Shown here in pieces: positions 12,980 to 27,514 of a DNA stretch of 64,000 bases. Origin of the DNA: the human T2T-CHM13v2.0 reference genome, Homo sapiens; the NCBI RefSeq assembly GCF_009914755.1, contig NC_060927.1. The stretch is one strand, 5' to 3'. Under the pieces are notes generated by a model. That model saw nothing but the letters and a program-made list of their open reading frames with translations, ran no database searches and was not told the DNA's origin. The stretch's first letter is position 1; the number at the start of each line of letters is the position of its first letter. A program made the translations under genes and the position numbers.

Positions 12980-13390
12980 TGTTTTAGTTTTGTTTCTCCC
13001 AAGCCAGAGCCTCCAAAAAGACTTGGGTGACATAGTTTATGGGGGGTGATCTTAGAGGCAGTGGGGAAGGAAAGGGGAGAGATGGAGGAAAATTCAACAT
13101 CTGGGTACATTATCGAAATTGCTACTGCAGTCAATGAGAACTTGATTTCAAATGAACCTCTGACAACCATACAAAATGTCATCCAGAATCATCCATTTGA
13201 AAGATGGGAGTCGGGGGTATACACAGGCTCCCAACCCCAATAGTGGAGGAATTTCCCTGGGAGCAACAACTCCCTCATCTCCATCAGAGCTTCTACTATG
13301 AACCTGCAAGAAACTGTCTACCCGCTCTGCAAATGCTTTGGGAGGTGGGAATCAGAGGTGTGATACAGGGCATCAAAAAATGTCTACCAC
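12980..13390. mobile_element. Old ERVL/MaLR LTR
   Basis: 'cagagcc...gacttgggtgacatagtttatggggggtgatc' resembles LTR16-type termini. Confidence 0.45.
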
Positions 13391-14579
13391 AAACAGATTT
13401 TTTCCTTAAGCCTGAGCCTTTTGCGAGATTTTAAAACAGGTGTGCATTGTAAGTCTCCAAGCAGAGACTGAAGTATTTCGTATTTTTCTAAGACTATTTA
13501 GGAAATGTAGCAAAGCATCTAATAAGATCATAACAGCCTCAGGATCTGTTGTTTTGTTCTGAAACACAACCTGGAAAATGCAGGCACAGGGTGGACCCTA
13601 AGCACCTAAGTATACTCTACAAGACCTTTCCACATAGGTATTTCATAGTTCAGCTTCATCTGCCTCCCATACATTGCTCCAACACTGTCAACTCCCAGCC
13701 ACATACACTAAGCAACAACAAACTTTTCCTTTTCCCCAAGCACAAAAATGCTAGCCCATGCCATGCACATAAGGCTCCCACTCCTCCACTGACACAGAAG
13801 ACTTTTATTTATCTTCCAAACCAGCTTTGGCCACATCTCTTTTTTGAAACCTTTGAAATTATTGCTGTTCTTTCTTATTTTCTATACTTTTATATTTTCC
13901 CACCTTGTTCTTCTATTCTGGGGGCTCTGCCAGGATTAGAGCCTTGTCATTTTCATCTTTCTATCTCTAGACTGTCACATATTTCTTGGCATTGTGTAGG
14001 TCATCAAAGAATGTCTGAAATAAGCATCCATCATCTCATTTTCCTTAGGATCTCCATCATGGGTCTTCCCACCAAAGTTAAATTATTGGTGTCTGCATTG
14101 CAGAGTTCCTAACTTTCTACTAGTGAAATTTAGGAAGAGAACACAGGAATTAGAACATCAGGATATTCTGACCATAATCCAGGCCTGCAGATCTATAGGT
14201 GTGTCACTTGATTGCCCTGTGTCTTCACACATTCTATTTGTAAAGTGGGTACAATATCCACTCTTTGAACCTCACAGGGCTTTTCAAGAGAGGAACCTTA
14301 GCATCCCAGATCTGTAAGCCTTTTGAAAAATGAAAACAATTATACAAGTACAAGGTTTCATTTTTCCTTTTGAGTCTCTGGTTTCATAACGATTCCTGTT
14401 TCCATCTCTCTTTTGTCTTCCTTACAGTTTTTCAAACATGCACAGTTCACCCCATCTTAAAAATAAAACACATCTTCCAATGATCTCATGCCCAACTTTT
14501 CTGAACACTCGCTCTACTGCCCACCCCCAGAGGTCCATGAACATCTGTTTCCTTTCAATTTTTAACTTGGGTTGAAGTC

Positions 14580-14810
14580 AAGTCTTTGTCCTGTGGAGTC
14601 AGACAAACCTAGGTGCAATCCCTTGGCTGATTCTCTCTAGCTATTTGAACAGGGCATATTACTTCATTTGTTGATCCACAGGTTCCCCATCAGTAAATTA
14701 AGGATAAGACAGCAATTACCTCTGCTATTGTTGCAAGGAAGAAATAAGATAACTCGTGTAAATTACTTAAAACACTGCTTAATTTATAAATGTTAAATAA
14801 ATGATAGGTA
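14580..14810 (+). mobile_element. MIR
   Basis: 'ggagtcagacaaacctagg...ttccccatcagtaaa'. Confidence 0.7.
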
Positions 14811-15200
14811 CTATCACTTTTCTTCACATTCTTTCAGGAAACTCACCAAGTCTCAAGATCCTACCACTGTGTATATATCAATGATATGTCCATCAAATTT
14901 TGATTCAAAACATTCATTTTCTGCATGCATTTCAGATATTTTTTGGATGTCCAATTGCCATCTCATATTTGACACTGCATTTTCCTATGTTCTTGGTGTT
15001 TCCTCTAATACAGTTCCTCTTCCAACTTCCCTGTTGTTATTCTCTCAAAGACTCCCACAACCAGTTTGGCTCTTTCTTTTCCTACATTTGCTCAATACAT
15101 TAAATTTGATCAAGTTAATTGTTCCGCAAAACCCAGTCTTTCTCTTCCCATTTATCTCTGATTTTGCATTACCATCATATTAATTTTACTGGAACGATTT

Positions 15201-15501
<301 letters not shown>

Positions 15502-16539
15502 TGGAACTATTTTGTAATGCAGATTCAGCTGTCACATATGAGGCATATGGGCCCATATACTTGTTTGGCTTTTACACCTTAGATTACACTCTTATGAAGT
15601 CATAAGAGTATGCTTCATCCACACTGAGTAAATGGGGATATGAAGGAATTAATAGATGGATGGCTTTGCTAGACACTGTGATAGAGATTTTCTTGAATTT
15701 AACACATTTATTTTTCACAAAATTTCTATTTTAAAAGTATTAACTTTGCATTTTCTAGAAAACTGTGGCTGAAAGCTATTTTGGAATGTGACTAACATGA
15801 TGCAATAACTGATAAAGCTGAGATCACATCCAGTCCCATTGATTTCAAGTCCAGTTCTTTTTGTCTTTGTATTATGCAATAGGTCCATCCAACCCTCACG
15901 CTGGTCTCCCCGCCTGCAGCCTCTCTCCTCCCATCCAATCCATCTATCCTCTACACACAGAGTTCAGTTTTCTTTATAAAACACACTCTCAGTTTCTAAC
16001 ACCTGCTAAAACGCCTATACACATATTTCCCACTGCCAAGATGATAAAGTCCACATTCTCTGTCCTAACATTCATTCAATTATTCAACAGATGTGTATGC
16101 ATATACATGTGTACATGAAGTTTATGCCTAGGTTCAGGGTATTTGGACAAGCGAGCGTACTCTGTCACTTAGAGTATTTCTGATTCTAACTCTTTGCTTA
16201 TGCTCTATCCTTCCCCTTTCAACTTACATTTACTAATAATCTTCAAGGTCTAACTAAAAATACCCCTCCTATGTGAAAGATACCTTCTCTGAACATTTTG
16301 GATGTTTACGGAAACTGCATTTTAGGTCTGTCTGCTCAGTAAGGCTAAGGCTGAGGGCATGATCCTTCTCCAGCTCCCTTTGTCGCCTTCCACAGACCTC
16401 ACACCACACCTACCCAGTACAGATGGCCTCAATCTAAGCAGTACGATCCACTCCCTCCATGGCACTCTCAGTTGTCCAGGGCAAACAGAATGCTTGTGCC
16501 TGGTAGCTGCTCTCTAGCAAGCCCTTCTGCTTTCATCAT

Positions 16540-17110
16540 TTCAATTAGATGTATTTGCTAACAAAACTAATTACGCTAGTAACAATTTCACTGAAATTAT
16601 TAGAAAAATACCAAAAAAGTGATGAAATATGAATATGAAAAAAGGAATATGTTGTTTATATAAAAACAAATATAAAGGCTTTTGAAAAGCTCAATAAAGG
16701 AGAGTCACCCTTCCTCTCCCCAAAACCAGTGCCAAATTAGATAAAAGAGATTGGGCAAGACAACCATAAAAGCTGGAAATACAAAACAAAAATCTTCATT
16801 CTGTTTATTCTATTTCTGTACCCAGATTGTTTCAGAAATATTTTTTAAATAACTCAATTGCAAAGTAAAACAGCAATTGGAAATCAAAGAAAATTCATAA
16901 TGAGTGTGGCTTATATAAATAATAAAGTGAACTCCTACTGTCCAACCCTTTCTCAAAGAAGAACGCTTGGCACATTACAAAACAAAAAACACACACAGTT
17001 GCATACTCAAAGCAAAATTACTTGTTTATGGTATCTATATACCTTTTAAAAATGATTACCTGTTTTAAAACAATTTTTCATATAACAGAGTACTGCCTCT
17101 GACTATATCA
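16540..17110 (+). mobile_element. Ancient Tigger/pogo fossil (Tigger12-like), transposase N-terminus
   Basis: A frame near 16640 reads KEYVVYIKTNIKAFEKLNKGES, resembling the pogo/CENP-B HTH start (KRVVVSMKTKLNALERLDKGES). Confidence 0.55.
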
Positions 17111-17188
17111 AATAAGAAAACCCCTTCTGTACTTAGCAAAAAGTAAAAAACAAAATGCTCATTTGCGAAATCAAACAAATAAAATTAA

Positions 17189-17555
<367 letters not shown>

Positions 17556-17709
17556 CTAGGAAAAACACATAACAACAACAAAAACTCTCCCTATTTGATT
17601 ATGGATGTTAATTTTACAATACTAAAGTTTAAAACACGAACAATTACTACAAACTGAAGAGTCAACTAAATCTTTGCTTTCTTAAAAGAGTTTCTTATAC
17701 TTCAAGTGT

Positions 17710-17748
17710 TTATATATGTGTGTGTGTGTGTATATATACATATATATA
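17710..17748. repeat. (TA)n(TG)n(TA)n microsatellite
   Basis: Directly visible. Confidence 0.9.
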
Positions 17749-18299
17749 GCCCTAGAATTTTTCCATCAAAACTACACTTTTTTTTCCCATTTTTGTGGCA
17801 AGAGCATGAATCACATTCTTTGTTTTGAAATGAAGACCTCCAGGTGGTATATCTGAGTTTGGAGATAATTTAGAAAATCTCTGTGCAAAGTACATGTTAA
17901 AAGGATTTCAATGGGGCAACAGAAAAAGCCAATGTTCTCACATAAAACATTATCAAATAAAGAAAGCTGTATTTTCAAGACTATTACACAATATCATATT
18001 TAAAAAACTTACCACTGTACTGGGTATGCCATAGAGGAGTTTTAACCATTAGTTATACAAAGATGTACTTGGTCTTCTCACTTAGTAACATCTCCTTTCC
18101 AATGTGGAAACAAAGAGATCATATAAAATGACATTATTCTGAATATGGGAACAAATTATACCACTTCAATGCAGTTATCTTAATTATGTACTCAAACATT
18201 TTTAAGAACTTTTTAATAGTGTAGATTAAAATGTCTCAGTGGTTTCTTCAGCAAAGAATTTGCAGTTAGACTTCAGTGGTAATATCCACCACTCTGTGA

Positions 18300-18465
18300 T
18301 TGAATCTCTCTGTGATTTTGCACAAATTTCTTAGACACTTTGATACTTAGGATCTTAGTCTGAAAAATGAAGATAACATAACGTGTTAGAGGCCAGCTGA
18401 GAGGATTATATGAGAAAATAAATGCAAAGTTTTTGGAATACGGTAGGTGCTCAATAAGTGTTAGC
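18300..18465 (+). mobile_element. MIR
   Basis: 'gaggattatatgagaaaat...taggtgctcaataagtgttagc'. Confidence 0.7.
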
Positions 18466-19249
18466 ATGTTGCTCCCTTTCTCTAGGCAAAGATAAACCCT
18501 GTGTCTTTTCCTAGCCACATCTATCCAGACTTATTTGTCATCCAAGTCCAGCTAAATTATTGCTTTCTCCTTTGAGGCCTTCAACAACTACTCTAGTTTA
18601 CCTGTATTTATCCTCTTGCTTTTTATAGGCATGTCTGTCTCTCCAGGAACACCATAATTTCTCTTCCTTCCCCCTAGTTAGTAGAGTAGTTATTTAATAA
18701 TAGTTGTTGAATTCAACACGAGAGTCTTAAAGCTCTTGATATTTAGCATCTGTGTTTGGCTAAATATATTAGTCATTGAGGCTGTTTAGAAATTTCATAA
18801 AATAGTTGCTTTTAAGACACGTGTGATTTTTGCAATGCACATAAGATGGTACAAGTTGACTTCTATCAATTATAGCAATATTGAAAAATATAAATAAATT
18901 AGCACATGCAATAATTCTCCTAACTCAACACAAAAATATTGAACACAGAATCCTTACCCTTACTTACAAAATAGTTCATTTGTTAACACTTCACCCTGCA
19001 ACAACTTAGTTCCAGAGTAATAGCATAGTTCACAGGTGGTGAGAACTCCTGTGATCTGGCATTCAAAGAGTACCCTTCTTATATAAAAAGAAGCTAATTA
19101 GGTTAATTAGCTTAATTTGATTTTCATCAAAATAAGAGAGGGACATCAAAGATTATTTTATGAACTATCTGGAAAAAATGCTTCTCTAATTCAAGTGAAA
19201 TGAAGATTACTTTTTAAAGGATCAATGATGACTTCAATATGTACAATTA

Positions 19250-19524
<275 letters not shown>

Positions 19525-20567
19525 CTAAAGTTGCATATATTTCATCTTATATGATACTAAAAAAATCTGTGAAATGGGCAATACTGATATTGTTATTCCC
19601 AATATTTACATAAGCAAACCAAGGACAAGAGAGATTAGGTTTTGCCTAAAATCACACTGCTGGTTAAGTGTCAGAGGCAGGCTGATGGCACATTCTCTTT
19701 CTAACAGGGAGAAAACAGAGAAACAACACAACCAAATTAAAGCTTAAGCTCCTGATTCCTTTTCAGTCCATAGAAACTTCACCTACAAAAGGTGAAAAAG
19801 ATAATATGTCCAATTTGAAAGTCGTATTTAGGTATGTTCATTCTTTCAATCATTCACCCATTTATTCAACAACTCTAATTAAGTGCCTACAAAGCTGAGT
19901 GAAAAAGGCCTGTGTTGTGACCTTCTGAATCTGGCCAACTGGTTCCTTAACCATGCAGTTCCTTGGTTTCTCTTTCTCAGCAACTAGGAATAACACCTAC
20001 CCAAGAACCCCCTGAGGTTTGATATAAAGACCCAAGGCAATGATAAATGAGACAAAGCTTTTAAAATGTATATGACAACACCATATTTGGGTATAACTGG
20101 CTTCCATTAGTTATCACTTCCTATAACCCTATGTTCCTGTAAGTTTTTTCAAATTTTGTATAATATTCTGTGGTGCATTTTTTGTCTGTTTAGTACCCAT
20201 CTCCCCCACTAACTAGAATGTAAGCTTCACAAAACCATGGACAGTTTTCCAGATCATTCTTACATCCTGAGCACAGAAAACACTGCTTCGCACATATTAT
20301 ATATTAGTACATAAATAGATGTATTAAGTGATTCCAATAAGAGATCTCACTCTCTTATACCCCTATATTAATCTTACATGAGACAAGTAATATATGTCCA
20401 TTGGTGGGAGATTAATAATATCTTAGATCCCTACCTTGCATAGTTGATTTCTGTTCTCCTGCTACAGATCTCTTGAATCGCCAACTTAAAGCTTAAAAAG
20501 CAAATAGCAAAAAAAAAAAAAAAGTCTCCCATAAAATATAACTGTGGAATGTAGAGAAATGCATGTA

Positions 20568-21035
20568 CAGTTAGCCTTCTGTATCCATAGGTTCCCCATT
20601 GGTGGATTGAACCAATTGTGGATCAAAAATATTTGGAAAAAATTTGTCTGTACTGAACATGTATACTTTTTTTCCTGTTGTTATTTATTTTTTTTTACTT
20701 TAAGTACTGGGATACATGTGCAGAACATGCAGGTTTGTTACAAAGGTATACATGTGCCATGGTGGTTTGCTGCCCCTATCAACCCGTCATCTAGGTTTTA
20801 AGCCTCATATGCATTAGGTCATTTGTCTTTAAACAATACAGCATAACAACAATTTATAAAGCATTACATTTATTAGATATTATAAGTAATGTAGAAATGC
20901 TTTAAAGTATACAGGATGATGTGCCTATGTTATATGTAAATACCATGCCATTATGTCAGGGACATGAGCATCCCTGGAGTTTGGTATCCATGAGAGTCCC
21001 GGAAACAATCCCCCACGGACACCTAAGGATGACTG
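20568..21035. mobile_element. MER2 (Tigger-type) DNA transposon, interrupted by L1PA
   Basis: ta|cagttagccttctgtatcc ... ggatgactg|ta; TA target duplication. Confidence 0.9.
20682..20828 (-). mobile_element. L1PA8-like 3' end
   Basis: 'catctaggttttaagcc...gcattagg' is the L1PA8-type 3'UTR; poly-T at the left end. Confidence 0.85.
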
Positions 21036-21340
21036 TATTTACCCCTAACTTTAACATTGGGTGAGACTTACTGTGTCATGTATCTGAATTTCAAAATTTT
21101 ATAAGCAAGCAAATGAATGTAATTTATAACTTATGGGGAATAATTAAAATTATATGTTTTAATGTGACTCTTGATAGTTTTCATGACATAGGCCTTTAAA
21201 AACATCTAACCCAGAAAAAACCCATCAACCTAATATACAGTTTTTTGAGAAAAGAAAGTCATATATTTTATCATTTTAACACTATACCCCAAAATAAACT
21301 AAAGCATAATAGATGGAAATAAATATTATGATAGCATCCT

Positions 21341-21415
21341 TGTTTCCATGGAAACATCGCTATCAGTATACCTCTGAATATGCATTTGCCTTTGTTTCTC
21401 TGGCTAAGTAAACAA
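21341..21415. promoter_or_regulatory. Candidate intronic enhancer: RFX X-box plus POU, SOX and FOX motifs
   Basis: Perfect palindrome TGTTTCCATGGAAACA (21341-21356), AATATGCAT (21377-21385), CCTTTGTT (21389-21396), GTAAACAA (21408-21415), in apparently non-repeat DNA. Confidence 0.45.
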
Positions 21416-22171
21416 GCATAAATCCATACTACTTGTTTTCTTTATAAGTTTTATCTGAGATCCAGAATAAGCCAACAGCAAGAGAGCAATGAGTGCAATT
21501 TTGTACTTCAGAAATGCATTACACAGGATGCTGGTTGACACATGGATACATTAGTTTAGTAGAACCCCACCCTTTGGTACTTAAGAAGCCCTTGAAAAAG
21601 ATTTCTTAGTTTAAATTTTTTAAGTGCAAAAATGTATACAAATTAGAAAGCAATTAGGGCAACTGTGCTGATGTGGAGGATAAAATGAGATGAAAATGGG
21701 ACAAATCTAAACATATGTCTGTTGGAATAAATGTACCAACTTATTAAATGGGTGATATTATCCTTTGGCCCTGTTTGTTTATTGAAAATGCCAGAAATCT
21801 CAATACTGGCAGGAGAAATGCACTCCATCAATCCTATGTATAAAATCGCTGCCTATAAAATAAATTATCTTTTGCATTTAGCTAACATGACAAATTAGGT
21901 TACCATTCTCATAGAAAATATTTCTATACAAGTATATATTCCATAAGCTTGACTTTCTACACATAAAGGTCTCTATGTTCCTATTCCATTCAATTTCATT
22001 TTTTGCATAACTATTACATACTGAGGTAGAAGGCTTTTACAGTAAAATAGATTGAAAATGGGGTTCTCCATTTAACCTAAGTCTGCCTTCTGAAACCTCC
22101 CCTTGATACACAGAAATCTAATTGTTAGATGACAAGGTAACCTTGTAAACAAACAGGTAAGTGCATGCAAG

Positions 22172-22172
<1 letters not shown>

Positions 22173-22203
<31 letters not shown>
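22173..22203. repeat. (CA)n microsatellite
   Basis: Directly visible. Confidence 0.95.
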
Positions 22204-22734
22204 GAGGGAGAGATTATTTTTATATCCCATGTGCTAAGAGTTATTTATACTTATGGTGGCCTACCACCATAAATCAGTCTCTTCTCCTCTGGCTAAATAC
22301 CTCCAGTATCTTTCTCTTTTTCTAGGCTAAGGTCTATCACTAAACATGTCAGCTCTGCTTGCATTTGTACATACTGTGGCTGCTGCCGATAACACCCTTC
22401 CTTCCTCATTTTTATCGAATAATAGCCTATTTTATTCACACTTTAAAAATTCTGTTTCATGATGGTCTTCTTCCTCTGCTTTCCACCCTAAGAAAAATAA
22501 TTATTACCTTTTAAGGTCTAGCACGTTTTTTGTTTCTTCCTTATAAATTTTTCATGCATAAAATCAAGTACCTAATTTTCTCTTACATGTATTTCTAAAA
22601 TCCTTGTCTTCCTCTTTACCTTATTTCCACAATCTTAATTCAGATGCATAACCCATCTATAGGGACTGGCTAACATACAAGCCTGTAGGTGAGTTCCCCA
22701 GTAGCTCCATGGGTGGTGCAAAGATTCAGCAACT

Positions 22735-22990
22735 ATAATAATAGCTCACATTTAATTGGATCTTACTAAGTGCTAAGTACTTCTTTAAGTTCTTTGCATA
22801 AGTTAATTCACAGCATGACTCTCACAGCAATCCTGGTAGGAGGTACTTTTATTTTTCTCTGTTTTGGAGATGAAACTGTTGCATAATCACATCAGGTGAC
22901 TTGTCCAAGGTCACACAGTAAGTGACAGATCTGGGACTTAAGCCCATACAGCATGGCTCCACAGCCCATGTCCTTAAACAATATGCTTAT
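22735..22990 (-). mobile_element. MIR
   Basis: 'ataatagctcacattt...gacttgtccaaggtcacacag'. Confidence 0.75.
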
Positions 22991-23399
22991 AGATTCAATA
23001 TCTGCCTCCAATGAAGAAGTTACAAAACAAGATCCCTGCATTCAGTTCCCCTGGATTCTATACTTATTTGCATTCAGGTTTAATCAGAAAGGCAAGTGGG
23101 AAGGCCTTGGGGTGGAGGAGAAGGAAAGAATTTCAACCCTAAGGAGGACAGTAGCAGCTTTAAGGAGAAGGTCCTGGGTTTGGAGGAGTAAAGAAAGGCA
23201 CAGACCAAGCAGTTCATCCACCAGAGACAGCTGTAATTCCAGAGCTTGACAGTGGGAAGCCCTGGGCAGTCCCTAGCCTGTCTGGCTCTATTCTTCCTTC
23301 TGGGCCCTTGGATCCTTTCCATCTCACCACCTACTTCCTGCTTCATTCCAGTGATGAGTATTCAAGTCCAAACATGCTGCTTATGCACAAATGAAAACC

Positions 23400-23870
23400 T
23401 GTCCTCCTGACCAGTCTCATATTCCTCCCATCCAGTCTACCAACTGTGGCCAGATTCATCTTTCTTACACACTTGTCCAATCCTGCCCCTCCCCTCCTTC
23501 AGTGGCTCCCCACCAGCCTTAAGATGAACCCAAACTCTTTCGCATGGCTGATGTGGTTTAGAATGATCTGAGTCCCATCTTTCTCTCTGCACCATCTCTC
23601 CATCCCCTGTGGCACATCTGCACTTCAGTCAGATGGAAGTCCTTTCCCTCTATGGCACAGGACACACTCTTTTCTGTTTCTCAGGCCTTCCTTCCTCTAC
23701 TCTTTCCACCTGGCTAACTACTATTAATCCCTCAAGTCTCAACTTAGGTGTTGTTTCCCCTAGGAGGTCGTTATTAATAGATTCCTTAACAGAGCATAGC
23801 ATTTTTAAGTACTTTGTGAGCTTCATGAGGACAAGAAACTCTTGGTCAAGACACAATACTTAGTGGGTGG
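23400..23870 (+). mobile_element. L2 3' fragment
   Basis: 'cttcagtggctccccaccagcc...aaactcttt', 'gtgagcttcatgaggacaaga'. Confidence 0.6.
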
Positions 23871-24339
23871 TGCATCAGTTTTCCAGGGCTGCCACAGCAA
23901 AGTACCATAAACAGCGTGGCTTAAAAAAAAACAGAAATGTATTGTCTCACAATTCTGGAGGCTGGAACTCTAAAATCATGGTGTTGGCAGGATCATGCTC
24001 CCTCTGAAACCAGAAGAGGGATTCTTCCTTGCCTTTTTCTAGCTTCTGGTAGTTGCTGGCAAACTTTGGTGTTCCTTGACTTGTAGATGCATCACTATAA
24101 TCTCCGCCTCCATTGTCACGTAGCATTCTCCCTGTGTGTCTCCGGTTTACATGGATGTCTTCTTATAATGACACCAATCACATTGGATTAGTGGCCCACC
24201 CCACTCTAGTATGGCTCATCTTAACTACTTATATCTGCAACAACCCTATTTTCAAACAACATCCCATTCTGAGGCATTGGGGGAGGACTTCATCATGTCT
24301 CTTATTGGGGGGGTTGGGGGCACAATTCAACTCATAACA
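23871..24339 (-). mobile_element. MLT1C-like MaLR solo LTR
   Basis: TG...CA ends; 'tgtattgtctcacaattctggaggctgg'; 5-bp TSD ggtgg/agtgg. Confidence 0.88.
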
Positions 24340-25254
24340 AGTGGTGAATAATATTATGAATAAATAAAACAAGTGAAAATGTTATGTCTAGGGTAGAAGG
24401 GGTGCTTACTAATAAAGTCTTCAGCACCTCTCACACAAGCTATTTATATTTCAGAGGGCCTGAGCAGTAGATATTTTCCAGAAAGCTATGGGAAAGGCTT
24501 TCCGTATTTCTTCCCAGAACTTTTCATCTACCTGACAATAGACCTTCCTTGTTTACTTATAAGTTTCTAGGTCATGACATAATTTTTTTTTAATGTCCAA
24601 CAATGCTAACTTTCTTGTTTCAAGCAAAGATTCTTTGCCTTGGTGTCCCCTTTCCCTACCCAAACTGGTACTTTAAACTAAATGTGGGATAGCTTTATTT
24701 CTAATTGTCAGTTTAATGAAGGTTTGGTCTACTCCTACGAAAATCATTTTAATTGAGGCATTTTCAGCAAAAACTTAAATTTTCTCAATTATAACCCTAT
24801 CAGGTACTAGCTGAATATGGGCTTTCTTCACTGTTCAATTAAAGGACATTATCAACCATAAAAATATTAATCTTAATTAAAATCCACAAATGAATAAGAT
24901 TAGAAAATAGGAAATATAAATAATTATGAATATTTTTATGTAGCACCAAAATCTCTTCCCCACAATGCCACACATCCTAATATGAAAAGATGGTAAAAAT
25001 TCCTAGACTTGAAGGGATTAAATACAGCTATTTTTCCTGAAGTCAGCAAAGAGAATCACTTCAGTAAAGTATGTAGTGTCTAGACAACTACTGCGGTATT
25101 GCTCCACTGAATATCTGTCTTTCAGTATGATTGATGCCACTAATGGCATTCACAATATTTAATGCACTAATGATATATTTTAGTTAGGAGGTTACACGAT
25201 GTTTGCAATGCAACACTTTCTAAAATTTCATAGTCTTCTGACAATAACATATAG

Positions 25255-25555
<301 letters not shown>

Positions 25556-25899
25556 CTTGTTTTATGAAAGCCTTCTACCAGAATCAATGAAATTAAGTAG
25601 AAATGCTTTAATAAGATATTTATTTAACTATGACAGTAAGCAAACATAGCATTACTAAGGCATGAAGTTGGAAAGTAATGCATTTCATATAGCCTCTTAA
25701 TGTGCACTGCCAAATCAAATGGAACAAAAATGAAGAATGCTAGTAGAAAAGAATGTGCACTATCATTAAGAATCACAGGACAAGACAGGATTGCTGTGGT
25801 AGCATCAGCAAACATTCTTCATTGGTGTTTAAAGAAAACAGATGGGAAGGTTTCACAATTTGTCTAAACTCAGTTTTTGGCAGAAATAAACCTGAAATT

Positions 25900-26025
25900 G
25901 GGGCTGCCACGTAGGACTTCACAGGTTGTGCACTGCACAACTCAAGAGGGTATCATTCACAGAAACAGTAATGTGAATGGCACTTGTGCGGCACTTCATT
26001 GTCACAACCATACATGATAGCACTG
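25900..26025. mobile_element. MER91-like hAT MITE
   Basis: 'gggctgccacgta...caggttgtgcactgcacaac...gtgaatggcac'. Confidence 0.65.
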
Positions 26026-26493
26026 TTTAAAGGCCACATCTTTGTCCTCCTGATCACTAGTCGAACCCATAAAGCTCAGCTGCCTGACTTTTATTACATT
26101 CATTCTTCTGGCTGCAGAGTCAGAAGAACTGGCCTTGAGTCCATGATCTGATGCTTAATAGTTGTGTAACTCTGGACCAGTTGCTTACTTGATCTGTGAC
26201 TCAGTTTCCTCATATGTAAGATGGTAGTAATACGTACCTGAACTACCTCAGGAGGTTTTTAAGAAGCAACAACAAAAATAGCATATGTGAAATTTTATTA
26301 TGCACTGGACACTGTTCTAAGTGACTTGCATGCATTAATTGTGGCAGAAAAAAGAGATGCATTTAGATATGCAGATAGGCAAGTCTTTAGGTTTATTGAG
26401 ATTGACAGGGGAATAGCTTACAATATAATTCGTGTGTGTGTGTGTAGAAAGGAGAAACTCTTTTACTAAATGTTGATATCATAAACCTTAGAG

Positions 26494-26800
26494 CTGTGCT
26501 GTCCAGTAAAGCAGCCACTAGCCACATGTGCCTACTAAGCCAGTGACATGTAGCAGTCTGGATTGAGATGTGCTTTAACTGTAAAACACAAAATGGATTT
26601 CAAAGACTTAGTACAGAAAAAAAATTCTGTGAATAATTTTTATATTGATTATATGTTAAAATAATACTGAGTTAAATAAAATATATTATTCAAGTTAATT
26701 TTACTTGTTTTTTTTTTTTTTTTGCTTTTTTGAATGTGACTACTGGAAAATTTCAAGTTACATATGTGGCCCCACATTATATTTCTATTGGACAGTGCTA
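26494..26800. mobile_element. MER33 hAT DNA transposon
   Basis: TIRs ctgtgctgtcca and tggacagtgcta; 8-bp TSD ccttagag/ccctagag. Confidence 0.9.
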
Positions 26801-27049
26801 CCCTAGAGTATTTTACTTCTGGAAGCCAAAATACTCCTACATGCATTCCCAGAGATCAGGGTCATAGGGTATAAGTTTTTTTGAGTCAGACTGACAGATT
26901 TGCATTCTAGGTCATGGCAATAAATTTCTCCCTAATATGTTCTGTACAAATGTTCCATATGAGGTCTTATTATATATGGATGTAATACAAAATAGTTGAA
27001 AAGTTTCAAAGACGTTTTTCTTTGTTTCATTTACGACTATTTCACAGAT

Positions 27050-27514
27050 GTGTATTCATCAGTCTCCTAGCAGTGTACAGATGGCACACTTCAATGTGGT
27101 AAATGAGGAGCGCCTGACAATGAGAAAGATATAAAGAAGCCAAAAAGAATGATGTAGTATTGCAAGGCTGGTGACAGTGGGGAACCATCACCATACTTAG
27201 GCTTGAACAGTAAGGAGAAGTGAGGTTCCCAGAACTCAGAGAGGGCAGCTGTACAGAAAGGAATACTGTTAGGAGCTGTGGCCTCCAGTAGGAGGACTAC
27301 TGAACAACATATGGTGATCCAGCAGGGAGGAAGCCAGGGGAACAAATATCCTGACCTTTTCTCTTCCCACTCTCCAATTTCCTGCTATTGCCTCCCATTA
27401 GCTAAAACCACCCAAAAGCCAGAAGGCAAGAGATGTAATCCATATGCGTCCCCTGGGACATATGGCAGAGTGGAAGGTGGATCTGGAAGAAATAGAAGGA
27501 AGACATCTAGCCCA
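27050..27514. mobile_element. LTR33-like ERVL solo LTR
   Basis: 'cagatggcacacttcaatgtggtaa', 'gcctcccattagctaaaaccacccaaaagccagaaggcaag'. Confidence 0.75.

Noticed and set aside
13549-14112. 187-aa ORF
   Set aside because: No recognisable domain, non-ATG start, overlaps degenerate L2-like sequence
25900-26025. MER91-derived CTCF site
   Set aside because: The GC-rich GCGCCCCCTGG core is not intact in this copy
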